64,000 nt of DNA from Trichoplax adhaerens. Its lineage: Eukaryota > Animalia > Placozoa. Location of the stretch: positions 1,116,001-1,180,000 of the forward strand of contig NW_002060954.1 of assembly GCF_000150275.1 (NCBI RefSeq), in the 5' to 3' direction. This document shows positions 26,351 to 37,848 of the stretch, piece after piece. The position numbers and the translations under genes were made by a program. Position 1 is the first letter of the stretch; each line of letters starts with the position of its first letter. Below the pieces are notes generated by a model. The model saw only the letters and a list, made by a program, of their open reading frames with translations, searched no databases and was not told the origin of the DNA.

Positions 26351-26912
26351 CTAGAATTGAGCAACCGCTTAATCACGGCCAAACGGAGAGTGAAGCTACT
26401 TTAAAATTTGGGCGATAATGCTTAGCTAGGTGGGTTGTATATATATATATAACTGTCATATATCTAGATATTTTTCTGCCGAGTAATAAATTCATACGTT
26501 TTGTGCAGAAATGCCCGGCTAAGCAGGGCTTACACTGGCTAGTAAGTCGAATAAAAGTGTTCTATGGTTGGAGCAGTAGATTATACTGCATGAGGCCGAA
26601 TGTCCGAGCGTCCGAGTAGAGTTTCTTGTCCACTCCTTTCTGTCTGTATGAAGCTTGTTCCGTAAAACCTCTCAGTATTTGAGTATACAATAGTGTACAT
26701 CCAGTATACCGATGTACAGTACGTACAGACGGTACGGTATCACACTGAACGCTAAACTCAGAATTTTCTCACCCGAAGTAAAACCCACTTTTAATAAGGT
26801 CTTTTTACTTTACTTTGACATACCTCAACAAGTGCAATCATCAGTAGAGTGAGAAGACAGAATAATAATAACTGATAGTAACTTTGAATTTTTTATACGA
26901 CGTTGGCCAGAA

Positions 26913-28368
26913 ATGATGTTATCACCTACCATAAAATTAAAAAATGGAGCCTACATGCCATTGATTGGCCTAGGTACTTGGAAGTCTAGTCAGAATAAAA
27001 CTGCTAATGCTGTCAAAACTGCTATTGATGTAGGTTACAAGCACTTCGACTGCGCTCCTGTATATGGTAACGAAGTGGAAATTGGCAACGCTTTGAAGGA
27101 AAAAATGAACCTTGGTGTTGTTGATAGGCAGGACTTATTTATAACAAGTAAATTATGGAATACTATGCATGCTAAATCTGATGTAAGACCAGCTGTAGAA
27201 AAAACCTTATCGGATTTACAATTGGACTATCTGGATTTATACTTGATCCACTTTCCTTCGGCTTTTCGCAAGCCTGAGTCCGGTGTTACTGTACCACGTA
27301 ATGATGATGGTAGCGTGCAGTATGCAGATATCCATTACCTTGAGACTTGGCAAGGTATGGAAGAATTAGTTCAAGCTGGACTAGTAAAAGCTATTGGCGT
27401 ATCTAATTTCAATAGTAAGCAGTTAAGCGATATTTTAGATAATTGCACTATTGCACCTGTTGTCAATCAAGTCGAATCCCATGTTTATCATAACCAACAA
27501 AAGTTATTGGAATATTGCCAGCAGAGAGATATTGTGATGACAGCTTATGCGCCTCTTGGGTCTAGTGATAGACCATGGGCCAAGCCTAATGAAGTAGGCG
27601 TCTTAGATGATCCCATTGTGAAAGAATTAGCTAATAAATATAAGAAATCACCAGCACAAATTTTACTCAAATACCAAGCACAACGCGGGGTAGTTGCAAT
27701 ACCTAAAAGTGTAACCCCTTCCAGAATAACGGATAATTTGCAGGTATTTATCGCCTATCCTACTTTTGAATCCTACAGTCCTATTGATTAGAATTATTTA
27801 TTGTTAATTGCAATGATAATGTAATAGTGGACTATGCGTTACATGAATTTTAATTCTTAGCTTTATGAGTACGGTTATGTCGGTTTATACTATATTTGAA
27901 TATGTGGGCTATCAGTTCTGTCGCGTTAGTATTACAAATCTGCTATGCTTAGTTGAAAGGACCTTAATTTTTATAATCTAATGCCCAAACTGTTTGCTTA
28001 TTTCCTACTAACGTTGGCATATTGCGTTTTACGTTTCAGATATTCGATTTTCAACTACAATCACAAGATTTTGAGAATTTAAATAAATTAAGTAAGGATG
28101 AAAATAAAGGCAGACTTTGTTGGTGTAGTTGGACTCTTCCACTGATCGAGGTATATCTTAAGTACAGTAATGCACAAGTTAGTTAATTATAATAACCCTT
28201 TTTGTCTTCGACAAAAATTTTTTCATGTAAAATGATGAAGTCCCTACTACATTTTAGAATAATATGTACTTATGCACGTATTTAACATGCTTTTTACAGG
28301 TTGATGGAAAATTAATGTCCAAAGGTTCTAAAGATTGTCCTTTATATCCGTTTCATGAGCCTTTTTAA
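26913..28368 (+). CDS. AKR1A1: Aldo-keto reductase family 1 (aldehyde reductase, AKR1A1-like); exons 26913-27743, 28040-28150, 28300-28368
   Basis: MPLIGLGTWKS, catalytic tetrad Asp (FDCA), Tyr (PVY), Lys (SKLW), His (LIHFP), AIGVSNF, IPKSVTPSRI. The C-terminal tail LPLIEVDGKLMSKGSKDCPLYPFHEPF* resembles the AKR1A1-specific VDGK...HPLYPF tail. Confidence 0.85.
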
Positions 28369-30250
28369 TTAATTGTATAACCTTCTGGAAGGGGGGAATC
28401 GTTTGGATACCCCCATTAAGTACCGTTTAGCATCGTCGTAACCTGTGTTTATAGTACTTTGTACCAAAGCATGTTAACGAGCTTGTAAATGTTCCTGAAG
28501 CAAAGAGAAAATCATCTACCCATGCGTATAAAATCCCGGATGATTATATATTTGATGTATCAACTATTGTCAGTGCTGAATTATCAGTTCATATTGAGAA
28601 TTATAGTAATTGCAATGGTCTTTTGGTGACATTGTGAAATTGTTTTCGTAAAACGGAATTCATACTGTCTTATTAGATAGCACACTTTATAAACTCTCAA
28701 ATCAGATACACCCTGCTTTGGTAAATATGAAATATACTTCAGCATTTTAATTCTCTTAATTGCCCTTTTGGTGTAGGTGATTTAGAAATTTTGATTCTCG
28801 TAAACATGCAATTTTTTTATTAGAACTACTTTTATATGTAGACACGTATAAATGCATATAATGATGTTGTCGTTTTTAGCTTTCTCATAGCAAATTTTAA
28901 TTACATAATCTAATTGTTTATGTCCTTATTTGCTTGGCAATATACCGTAAAGGTGTATTTTATATGATGCCTCCATGAGTAGTACGTTATAATGCACCAT
29001 AGACTATCCTAGATCATGAATAAAATTTGCCATTGACTTCAGAATTTTATAAGTTAGTATAGTCTGTAATGGTACGAATTTTGCTCTTTAGAATTTAAAA
29101 CAGATATTTGATCTATTTTGATTTAGCCTTACCGGTATACCACGTATAATTTTATCTCTATGGAGTACACAATAAAATTCATGACAGCCCAAATAATAAA
29201 ATGTGGGATGTCTGTAATTGTAGGTAATGTCTCGAAATGGTTAAATAAGAATCAGTAATTAACTCTGTAATTACCGGTAGTCACTCAATGATCCAGCTTT
29301 AAAATCTGAAAATTACACGCTTAAGTCCTAAGACGAATTATCCAAAGCCTGCAATAGAATATTCGAGATATGGGACCGTTCATCTTTTGCACAGCTTCGT
29401 TGATGTGATGGTTTTGTATGAAATATACTAGAGCTTCACGCTATCATACGTTAGATTTTTCAATCTAATCTGTTATTTTTGGTGCAGGTGTTCACATCGT
29501 AACGGCACTCCTAATTAGTGATTTATTCTAGAATATTTTTATCATTATTATGTGGGCTTTAAATAAGTAAACATGCAATAATTACTAGTTTAGGCTTCTT
29601 TAACGTCGCTAAATGGCCCCTAAAACTACATTACACTAAATTTAAGAGGCTAATAATACCCGAAAAAAGTAACAATTACTCTCTTGTAACCTAGCTTTGT
29701 GGTTTTTATTTGCATTATGCATAATTATTACAATATGTTGGTAATATATGGAAATTCGAAGAAGCTTTTCTTGAATATTGTATCTAACAAAAGTTATACA
29801 TACTTGTACATACAGTACATTAGAGCTTTATCAAATCGTAACGATTGCGATGTATGAGATTTTAATTATATTATAGTTTTATGGCTTAGTATGCTTAAAT
29901 TATATAAAATTTACTTAAATGGTGCCGGTAATTGATAATTATAATTAAAAATTGGCACATTTAAATTATTAATTGGATCAAAATATAATTCCTTCGTTCA
30001 TAGTTCTTTATAAAGCTGTGCAGAATTAGCCTAAATATTTATTTACATCATTGATGAGTCACAGAGTAAAGTTGATCCTTTTGACAACTTAGAAAATATC
30101 TCCCTCAATGCAATTACAAGTACGATAAAAATTTTATATTGTACAAGACGCTAAGTGTTACTTAATGCAATAAAAATTTTTTGATTGCTTTAGTATGATT
30201 TGATTGAAGGATATATATCACTTATGACAGATTAAGAGAAGCTTGTACGG

Positions 30251-33200
30251 TTAAGTTTTTAATTCTTCTCTTTGTTCGTCATCGTCATTATTGCTAACAT
30301 CATTATTTTTTAACTCGTTATTAGGCGTTAACTGACCGGAAGATAATTTAGAATCGGAAGCATTATCTTGAGTGTTCTTGCCATTTTGATAAGAAGTTCT
30401 GGATTTTATATTATAATATTCATATTTAAATTAGGATTAGTAAGCGATTTCTTATTTTAAGAATATTAATTGTTGAAAATTTATGTTATCAGTGATTTTA
30501 TTTACCCATGATGTGATTGCTGTCCTTCAGAATCGTCTCCATCATCAACGAACGGCATTAAATTTGTTTTGTTAAATTTTTCAATCGGTTCTCCAATAAT
30601 GCCAACGCTATTACACGCACATGATTAAGATTCGAATGATTAATTCATTACGTGTGAGATACTAAAGTCGCTTTCATAATTCAATAGTTTAAACTAAATA
30701 AAATAACGCAGTTCTATTACTTGTTGCTTTCCAGTTGTGCTAATTCATCTGCACTAACGTCTTCTTCTGTGCCAAGATTGTTTGATGTTACCTTAAAGTC
30801 CCTATTGTTTGAGATATGATAAGTTAATCTTAATTCCAAATAACATAGAATATAATAAATTATCATAAATTTATGTACTCTAATTTATAAGGTTTTGCAC
30901 GACTCATCAAGTGGGGAGATTGCTCCGAAGTGGAAGGCAATAGGGCAACAACAGCAGGTGATCGAGCGCTTGGTGATTTTGTTATAGGAGCGTAAAATTT
31001 TTAATGTTAAAATTAGTTATGATAACTATAATATACCTGTTACACCAGATACGTTTTAATAAAGTAAAATATCAACTATTGAATAGCCTAGAAAATTCAA
31101 CTTACTTGATTAGAGAGTTAATTGGTGGTCTCTTGCTGTTGTATTCGAAGACAAGTTAAACGTTTAAATTATATAAAACTTAACAACATGTAAGCAAGTG
31201 TTGAAAGAATTTTACAAAACTTAATTTATCCATTTATAACTTTCGTTAAATTATCTAAACAATATGCAATTATTTAAAACAATTATTTTGAATATCATTA
31301 AGATATTGAAAGCTTACGGTAAATGCCTGACAGGACGAGGTTTAGGAGTTATTGAATTCCTTTTTTCTTCTATAGAATCTTTTGTTTTACTTTTACTATT
31401 ATCGTCTTGGTCATCGCGATCAATTTTTCTACCTTCTTTATTTTCGTCGATATTGGTGAGATTAAAGTCTTGAACGGCTACAACCAATGCATCAATCGCA
31501 TCTTTGCTGTTGGTATTAAATATTATTCGAATAAATTATCACGATATTATTATACTAACATATAATGGTCAGACTATTAAAGTTCGTACCATCGCTGGAT
31601 TAAACCCTTCTAGGTTAATTGAATTGCTATACTTAATTTAAAGAAATTTAATACAGCTATTTTTGTGCATGCAGTGAGGAAATCAAGAAATACTTACGTT
31701 TGAGATTTCGTTATAGCGCTAGGCTTGCTCTTTTTATGACCCACTTTCGAATTTCTTGAATTTGTTACCGGTAATTTGTTGATATAATGATTTATGTCAT
31801 CACGTTTTAACAGTTTATCTGCCATCTTAAGTTTTATGATTAGATTCAAAAATTTACTTACACAGTTTGGCGCATGTAACCGCCAGCAAATTCTTTTTTT
31901 TTAGCGCGTAATTCCTTCACCTTAACATCAACATATCTTTTAATTTCAGATTCGTGTGGATCTCTGTCATCACCCACTAAGATTAATAAAAAGTACAGTA
32001 AATTAAAATAATCTTATCGCTTTCATTTCTACAGAATTCTCACATTTTATTGTGGATATAGCTATTGCAGAATTGTACGTTAACATTATAAGCTTTTATG
32101 ATAAGTTAATACCAAAAAAAAACATATGAAATAGTAATTACCATCATCTTCTTTATGCAATGCTATATTATACATCTCCGATCTAAACAACCTAAAAAAT
32201 ATAAATTAATAAGTCTCCTTTAGTGTGATGAATGGAAAAATTTAGAGGAGCGTAAAATAAGTACTTGTATACTAGTAGATTTTGTTACTGCTTGTTAATT
32301 TCATATCCTTTACTCTCGTAAATTAGTGGTTAAATGAAATTCTACAATAAGATATGAAGCTGTATTACTCTGTATGTTTAGTATATTAGCTTTCTTGTCT
32401 AGCTAACAACTGGTATTCCTTCTATAATGTTGATGAGTTATGAAGATATTTCTCGAACTAGTTAACCTTAAACTTGCTAGCAGGATGCTACTCATTTAAC
32501 CAACTGTTCGTCAGCTTTATTAGCTAAAAGCTAAATTAACTATCTTATCCTGAGCTGATCTTAAATGTAAAACTGAGTTTTCTTCTATACTTTTGTTTAT
32601 GTAAGTTATAGTGGCCACAAAATGTTATTGTTGTGTGTAACTACTGTTCGCAATATAGGCTTACCGTCCCATTTCTTTGGTAACTTCATTAAAATATTGT
32701 CTTCTAAAGGCGATATTCACAACACATGTCGAAAATGCGTACAAATTCTATGTATAATTTGATAAAGTGAAGATTTATATTTGATAAATATTACTGATAG
32801 ATTATTCATGCTGTCTAATAAATAAAGCATGAAAATCATGGGATTGCTAGGTTATATGCATACTTCGAAGGCATCGCGATCGGTAAAGATGGCCGAAACA
32901 CGAGATCTATAAAAAGGTATTTTAAAATTGTATATACTTTAATAAATCACGCCAGTTACTAATAATAAACTAGTATCTAATCATGCAGTGTAATCACTGC
33001 TTACTTTCCACCCTGCATATGATGTTGTTCTTCTAAGCCTAGGCCCATAACTAGTACACAATATGCTTGACCGAGTTTTTTGGATGCGAATTTTAATTTC
33101 CTTAGCGTGCTACATGTATTCCTTAAATTTGCTTCTCTTTGCCATGGGCTACATTTAATGTCAGAGTAATAGTATCAATAATTTTTATTAAATATGGACT

Positions 33201-34521
33201 ATAGTGATAAGTTATTTCAGCTGTCTAATATTATAATAGCGATTTCTAATAACAATTTATTACAACAATATACTGAGGTAGGATATTTATTTATGATGTG
33301 TGGCATACTTTTCCATAATGGTTGGCTTTCGATCTTCCTCAGTTTTTTCGATGAAGGCGGCAAAATAATGTAATACTGCCATAAGGAAGGTATCAAGTTG
33401 CAGAGTACTGCATTGGTACGACAATATAGTAGAAATAATGTCTTAGATCACTGGTTGAAACGTACATATAATAATATTTGGCGAAAAGAAATTAGTAGTT
33501 TCACTTACTCGATACATCTCTGAAACGTCTCATTAACTGCTCCTGTTTCATCTAATACTGCATCAAGAGCGGCTCCTTCATATTTTATATTATAAAATTA
33601 TATTTCGATAAATATAACTGGTGTGTATTTTAAAATTGCGATAATACGATAAAATTTCTCGCAATCATTTAATTGTGAATTCAGTGCTTACTCTTAACAT
33701 CTGCTAAAGTGACGACGGTGCCTTTACTAGTGTCATTTGCTCGTCTTGGTCGAGGTGATGTACTTGCATTTTGAAACGTGTACTTCACTTTATCGATTTT
33801 ATGGAGTTGTTTTGCTGTTTGTGAGTTGGCTACTAAATTAAAACTGTGACAATTCAAAGTGGTAGAAGTAGATCAGAGCTAATACATGCCGTTATCGATA
33901 AATATTTGATGTTGCAAGAGCTTATTACTATGCTTTAAATAAAATAAGAATTTCAACCATACTTTTGTTTCTTTTTTCCATTAGTTACATAACTTATTGC
34001 TGCGCCCTGTTTGTTCTTCTTGACACGATGTCCAATATTTTGTTGATTCTTATCAACACTAGGGTTAAGACTGCAATAAAGTATAGATTTACGTGTAGCT
34101 TTAAGCTACATAGTCGAAATTCTGAATAATACCTTATTTTAATTTTGCTAGTACTTTAATGAGATGATTATTTCTTAATAACAATAAGCTAGATTTTTCT
34201 TGCACAAGTATAGTTGTACGACCGGCTTAAGGTCACGAATTGACTACCTGACACTTTCCAAATTTCCATCTTTCCAAGTCCATCGAACGTTTTCCGTTAA
34301 TATGCTTTCTTTCTGTTATGAAAATTTAAACATTTAATTTCTTATTTCATAAAGTGAACAAAAATTAAGATTCTTTGTGAAATCTTTGATATTTAAAAGT
34401 TTTTTAAAAAGGCTATTCTTGTATGTCGGACAGTATTGCATGAAATGTACTTGTACCCGATATTACAACAATGTTATCGACTTACCTTTCCTTCTTTCGC
34501 CTTTGGGGTAGTCTTGCTCAT
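30251..34521 (-). CDS. PPP1R36: Protein phosphatase 1 regulatory subunit 36 (C14orf50 family), many short exons; largely absent from the ORF track
   Basis: Manual splicing gives MSKTTPKAKEGK/KESILTENVRWTWKDGNLESV...VVTLADVK...QLDTFLMAVLHYFAAFIEK...LGQAYCVLVMGLGLEEQHHMQGGK/SRVSAIFTDRDAFE/NLYAFSTCVVNIAFRRQYFNEVTKEMGR/LFRSEMYN...RSPAVVALLP...VGIIGEPIEKFN. These are recognisable PPP1R36 blocks. Stop at 30253-30251. Some middle exon boundaries are uncertain. Confidence 0.8.
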
Positions 34522-35286
34522 TCTTGATTCCCTTTCCGTTTATAGCTATATCGTAAAACCAGTACCGCACTACGACAGTTATTTATAGGTTTGAATAAAT
34601 TATCAGTATTTTAACCCTGAAGTTCTACTTAATTGATAATCCTTGATTATATGGTCATGTATCTAAGGAGTAGTAGTTAGCATTAATTGAGTACACTTTT
34701 CAGTTTGCAATTACTGGCTGATACTTTACCAATTCGTATCGATCTGACTACTTCATCTAGTTGCGTTCTATCCCTGACTGCCAAATCTCTACAGGAGTTA
34801 CTGCAGCTGAACTGAATGATTTAATTCCTAGAATGTTCAAGAGAACAAACCATAAATGGACTTTTTTATACTGAATTTACGTGATATTGCTTGAGGTCTG
34901 AATGTGAACTTTGATATATTTACGTATATAACAAGCGTACTTGTATACAAGATTGGCAGTGCTAATAATTATAATAATGTTATGATGTAGTGATATATTG
35001 AAGCATCAATTTTTCTATATGAATATCACTAACTAGTCATAACACTATAAAATAGGCCGCAACTATGGCAAAGCAAATGGGAGAAACGTACTGTATAGTA
35101 CTATACATACTTCTAATATGTACGAGTGTGCCACTGTACTCGACTTGCCATGTAAAAAGTAGTATCGTGTTTGTATATGCCTATGCATGGATGGTTGCAT
35201 AGATACCGTTAAACAGTGGAGATGTCCCGATGTCCAGAGGCCTGGAATGGAACTATTGCCACTACATTCTTTACGAAATCCTGGGC

Positions 35287-35894
35287 TACAGTACACTGTA
35301 TTGTACAGAAGATACTGTAGTAGCTTCATACAGTACTGTACAGTACAGTACAGTACTGTACAGTTCAGTACCGTAAAGCCAGACAAGCACTACTGTACGG
35401 TACTGTACTGTACAGTACAGTAGACCATACAGTGTACACTGTACACTGTACAGTGTAATTTCTTTTGGATATCGTACAGAGTACTGTAAGGTACTGTACT
35501 GTACAGTACTGTACACTGACTACTGTACAGGACTCAATAGCCTTCCAAAGTTTTTTGTACAGTGTACAGTACTGTACTGTACTGTAGGTTCGGTGACTGA
35601 CAAGGCCCACTCCACGGACCGCGGTACTGTACTGTATACTGTACAGTAAACTACCATGTCTGTAGTCCGTGACGGACTCCGTGATGCCTACGTGTACAGT
35701 ACAGACACATGTACATAGTACAGTACAGTAGAGACTCGAACTAAGGGTCTCTACTGCAGTACTGTATATTAGACTAGACGAACAAAATACGTCCAGTACA
35801 GTGTCACATATTTGTTTTTGGGGGGATGGGCGGTGGACAAAAAAAAAATAAATCGTCAGAATTTTGTACACTCTACTGTACGTACTGTACTGTA
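35287..35894. repeat. Longest TACAG/CTGTA array, in the divergent PPP1R36/ASPG promoter region
   Basis: e.g. tacagtactgtacagtacagtacagtactgtacag, gtactgtactgtacagtacagtag, tacagtgtacactgtacactgtacagtg. Confidence 0.9.
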
Positions 35895-36639
35895 CTTGGG
35901 CAGGGACGTAAAAGGCTCAAACGACAGAGGCACGCTGCCGTAATATATCGTTGACCAAGTTCCCAACACTGATATCGAAAGGGACTTCTCTAAGAGGAAA
36001 ACCTTGGATAGCGTTTCAGCTTAATTTAACATTAATTAATACATAATAGTTGATACTAACAAGCAACGATTCATTCACTAATCAATTATACGAATAGGCC
36101 GTTCTTGAAAATATAAAAATAACAGGTAGGTTATTTAATGCATTACTGCACAAGCTATTGTTATACTGTATAAGTGTATGCGTATGCTGTACTATGTGGA
36201 TACGGTTGGAATCCAGCTGCACACTGTGCACAGGTCTCTCTGTTACACATACAGTACGATAAAATGTGTACTGTATACTGTATGTACGTTATTTTATTTC
36301 AACTTTAGTAATGAAATTTGACGAAATGATTTCGCTAAATTGCGATTACTTTTTTTCTATCCTGTATTACTCATACATTGTAATGCATAGTATGCGATCC
36401 ATCGGTAGAACACTGAAGCACATGTTCTATGATATTTCCGATATGTGAAAATAGTTAACTAATCAGACTTTGCTCTTAGATTGATCAACTATATACAGCA
36501 ACGAAGCAAGTGTAGTTGACAATTAAGAAAGAGTACATAGCTTCCAGTTGGAGACTTGCATGATTTAGAGGTTACAAGCAGTCCACACAATTTTAAAAGC
36601 TGCACTCCTGTCAGATTACATTAGATTACAAAAGATGCT

Positions 36640-36942
36640 ACTGTACAGTGTACAGTACAGTATACCGATACGGCTTTTTAGTTTTTGATGGCACCTAATG
36701 ACTGATAACTAAAGTACTGTACAGTGTACACTGCTCACCGTACATTTTAAAACAGCCAGCTCTTGTTACAATATTAATGGAGTCATTTAAGTAACGATTC
36801 TAAAAAAATGTGGATGGCTTACGTACTGACGGGCAAATTCCTATCCACAAGTTCGAACTTATCACACCTGGACTGTACTGTACACTGAGTGTACAGTACT
36901 ATATTTTGATTATAGAACTTATTTGATAATAATTAATTAATA

Positions 36943-36983
<41 letters not shown>

Positions 36984-37085
36984 CAGTACAGTAGTAATTA
37001 TTGTAATAGGATACTAATTTAATATACAGTAGTTTACATTCTGATTGTTTTGTGACGTCGAAAGACTGCACTGTACAGTGTACAC
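36640..37085. repeat. Dispersed TACAG/CTGTA units inside the putative ASPG 5'UTR intron
   Basis: actgtacagtgtacagtacagta, gtactgtacagtgtacactg, ctgtactgtacactgagtgtacagtac. Confidence 0.65.
36943..36980. repeat. (ATT)n microsatellite, about 12 units
   Basis: attattattattatt... directly visible. Confidence 0.9.
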
Positions 37086-37848
37086 TATACCGGATATCAT
37101 TTTGATAATATAGTTTGACTTGCTAAATGAATGATACTGTACTAAACTTTTCTTTGATATGTACATTGTACAATAATTGTATTCTTAATATCGTATGTTC
37201 GTAAAATGAGCTCTTGCTCAATGAGATATTCATTTATACCGCAAGATAATTGAACAATTATATAGTACCTGTAACTATACTCAGGCTACGCTAGTTGAAC
37301 AAATTAAATTGTGGCATTGTGCCGTGTCTCTAGCTGCTAGTTATTTTATCTAATGTTCACATTGTATGGATAGCTAGCTACCACTACCAATTGATTTACG
37401 TAAAAATCTAGTACTACATTAGGTCCCTGAGTTTAGAGACATCAATATTCTCTGGCTGTCATGCTGCTTTTGGAAAAATAATCTAGTAATTGGCTAAAGG
37501 GACATATTCAATTTCAGCAGCAACCAATTGCTGGCTGCTGTAGTAAAAATCTTAGGAAGAATGAAATTTTTATTTAGGTCCACAATATAGATGAGCACAT
37601 AAAACTACAGTCTGATGTAGTAAATGGAAGCACTAAAAACGTACATTTTTATGTTGTAGATGCAATTTTATTTGAGAATACTCGCATGTCGTATACTGTT
37701 TCAATGCTACAGTACTGTATTGATATCCTATGTACTGTACAGTATGATATACTGTTATATGAAACCTAATCATCACCCCTATTTTATACATATTAATTTT
37801 AGGGAAAATTACGTAATTAAATTTTAAATCTTATTTTTATATCGTAGA

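Larger units (their letters stand above)
36126..37847 (+). other. Putative 5'UTR intron of ASPG
   Basis: Donor AACAG|GTAGG at 36125/36126 just downstream of the promoter array; pyrimidine-rich acceptor ...ttttatatcgtAG ends 1 nt before the ASPG ATG (37849). The donor assignment is inferred. Confidence 0.45.

Noticed and set aside
26586-26615. Hammerhead-ribozyme-like string CTGCATGAGGCCGAATGTCCGAGC
   Set aside because: The core has an inserted C in CUGAUGA, a mismatched stem II and GAGC in place of GAAA; no stems I or III are evident.
35287-35894. CRISPR-like appearance (repeat blocks separated by unique sequence)
   Set aside because: Units are 5-12 nt, degenerate and irregularly spaced; there are no constant-length repeats or spacers and no cas genes, and the context is eukaryotic.
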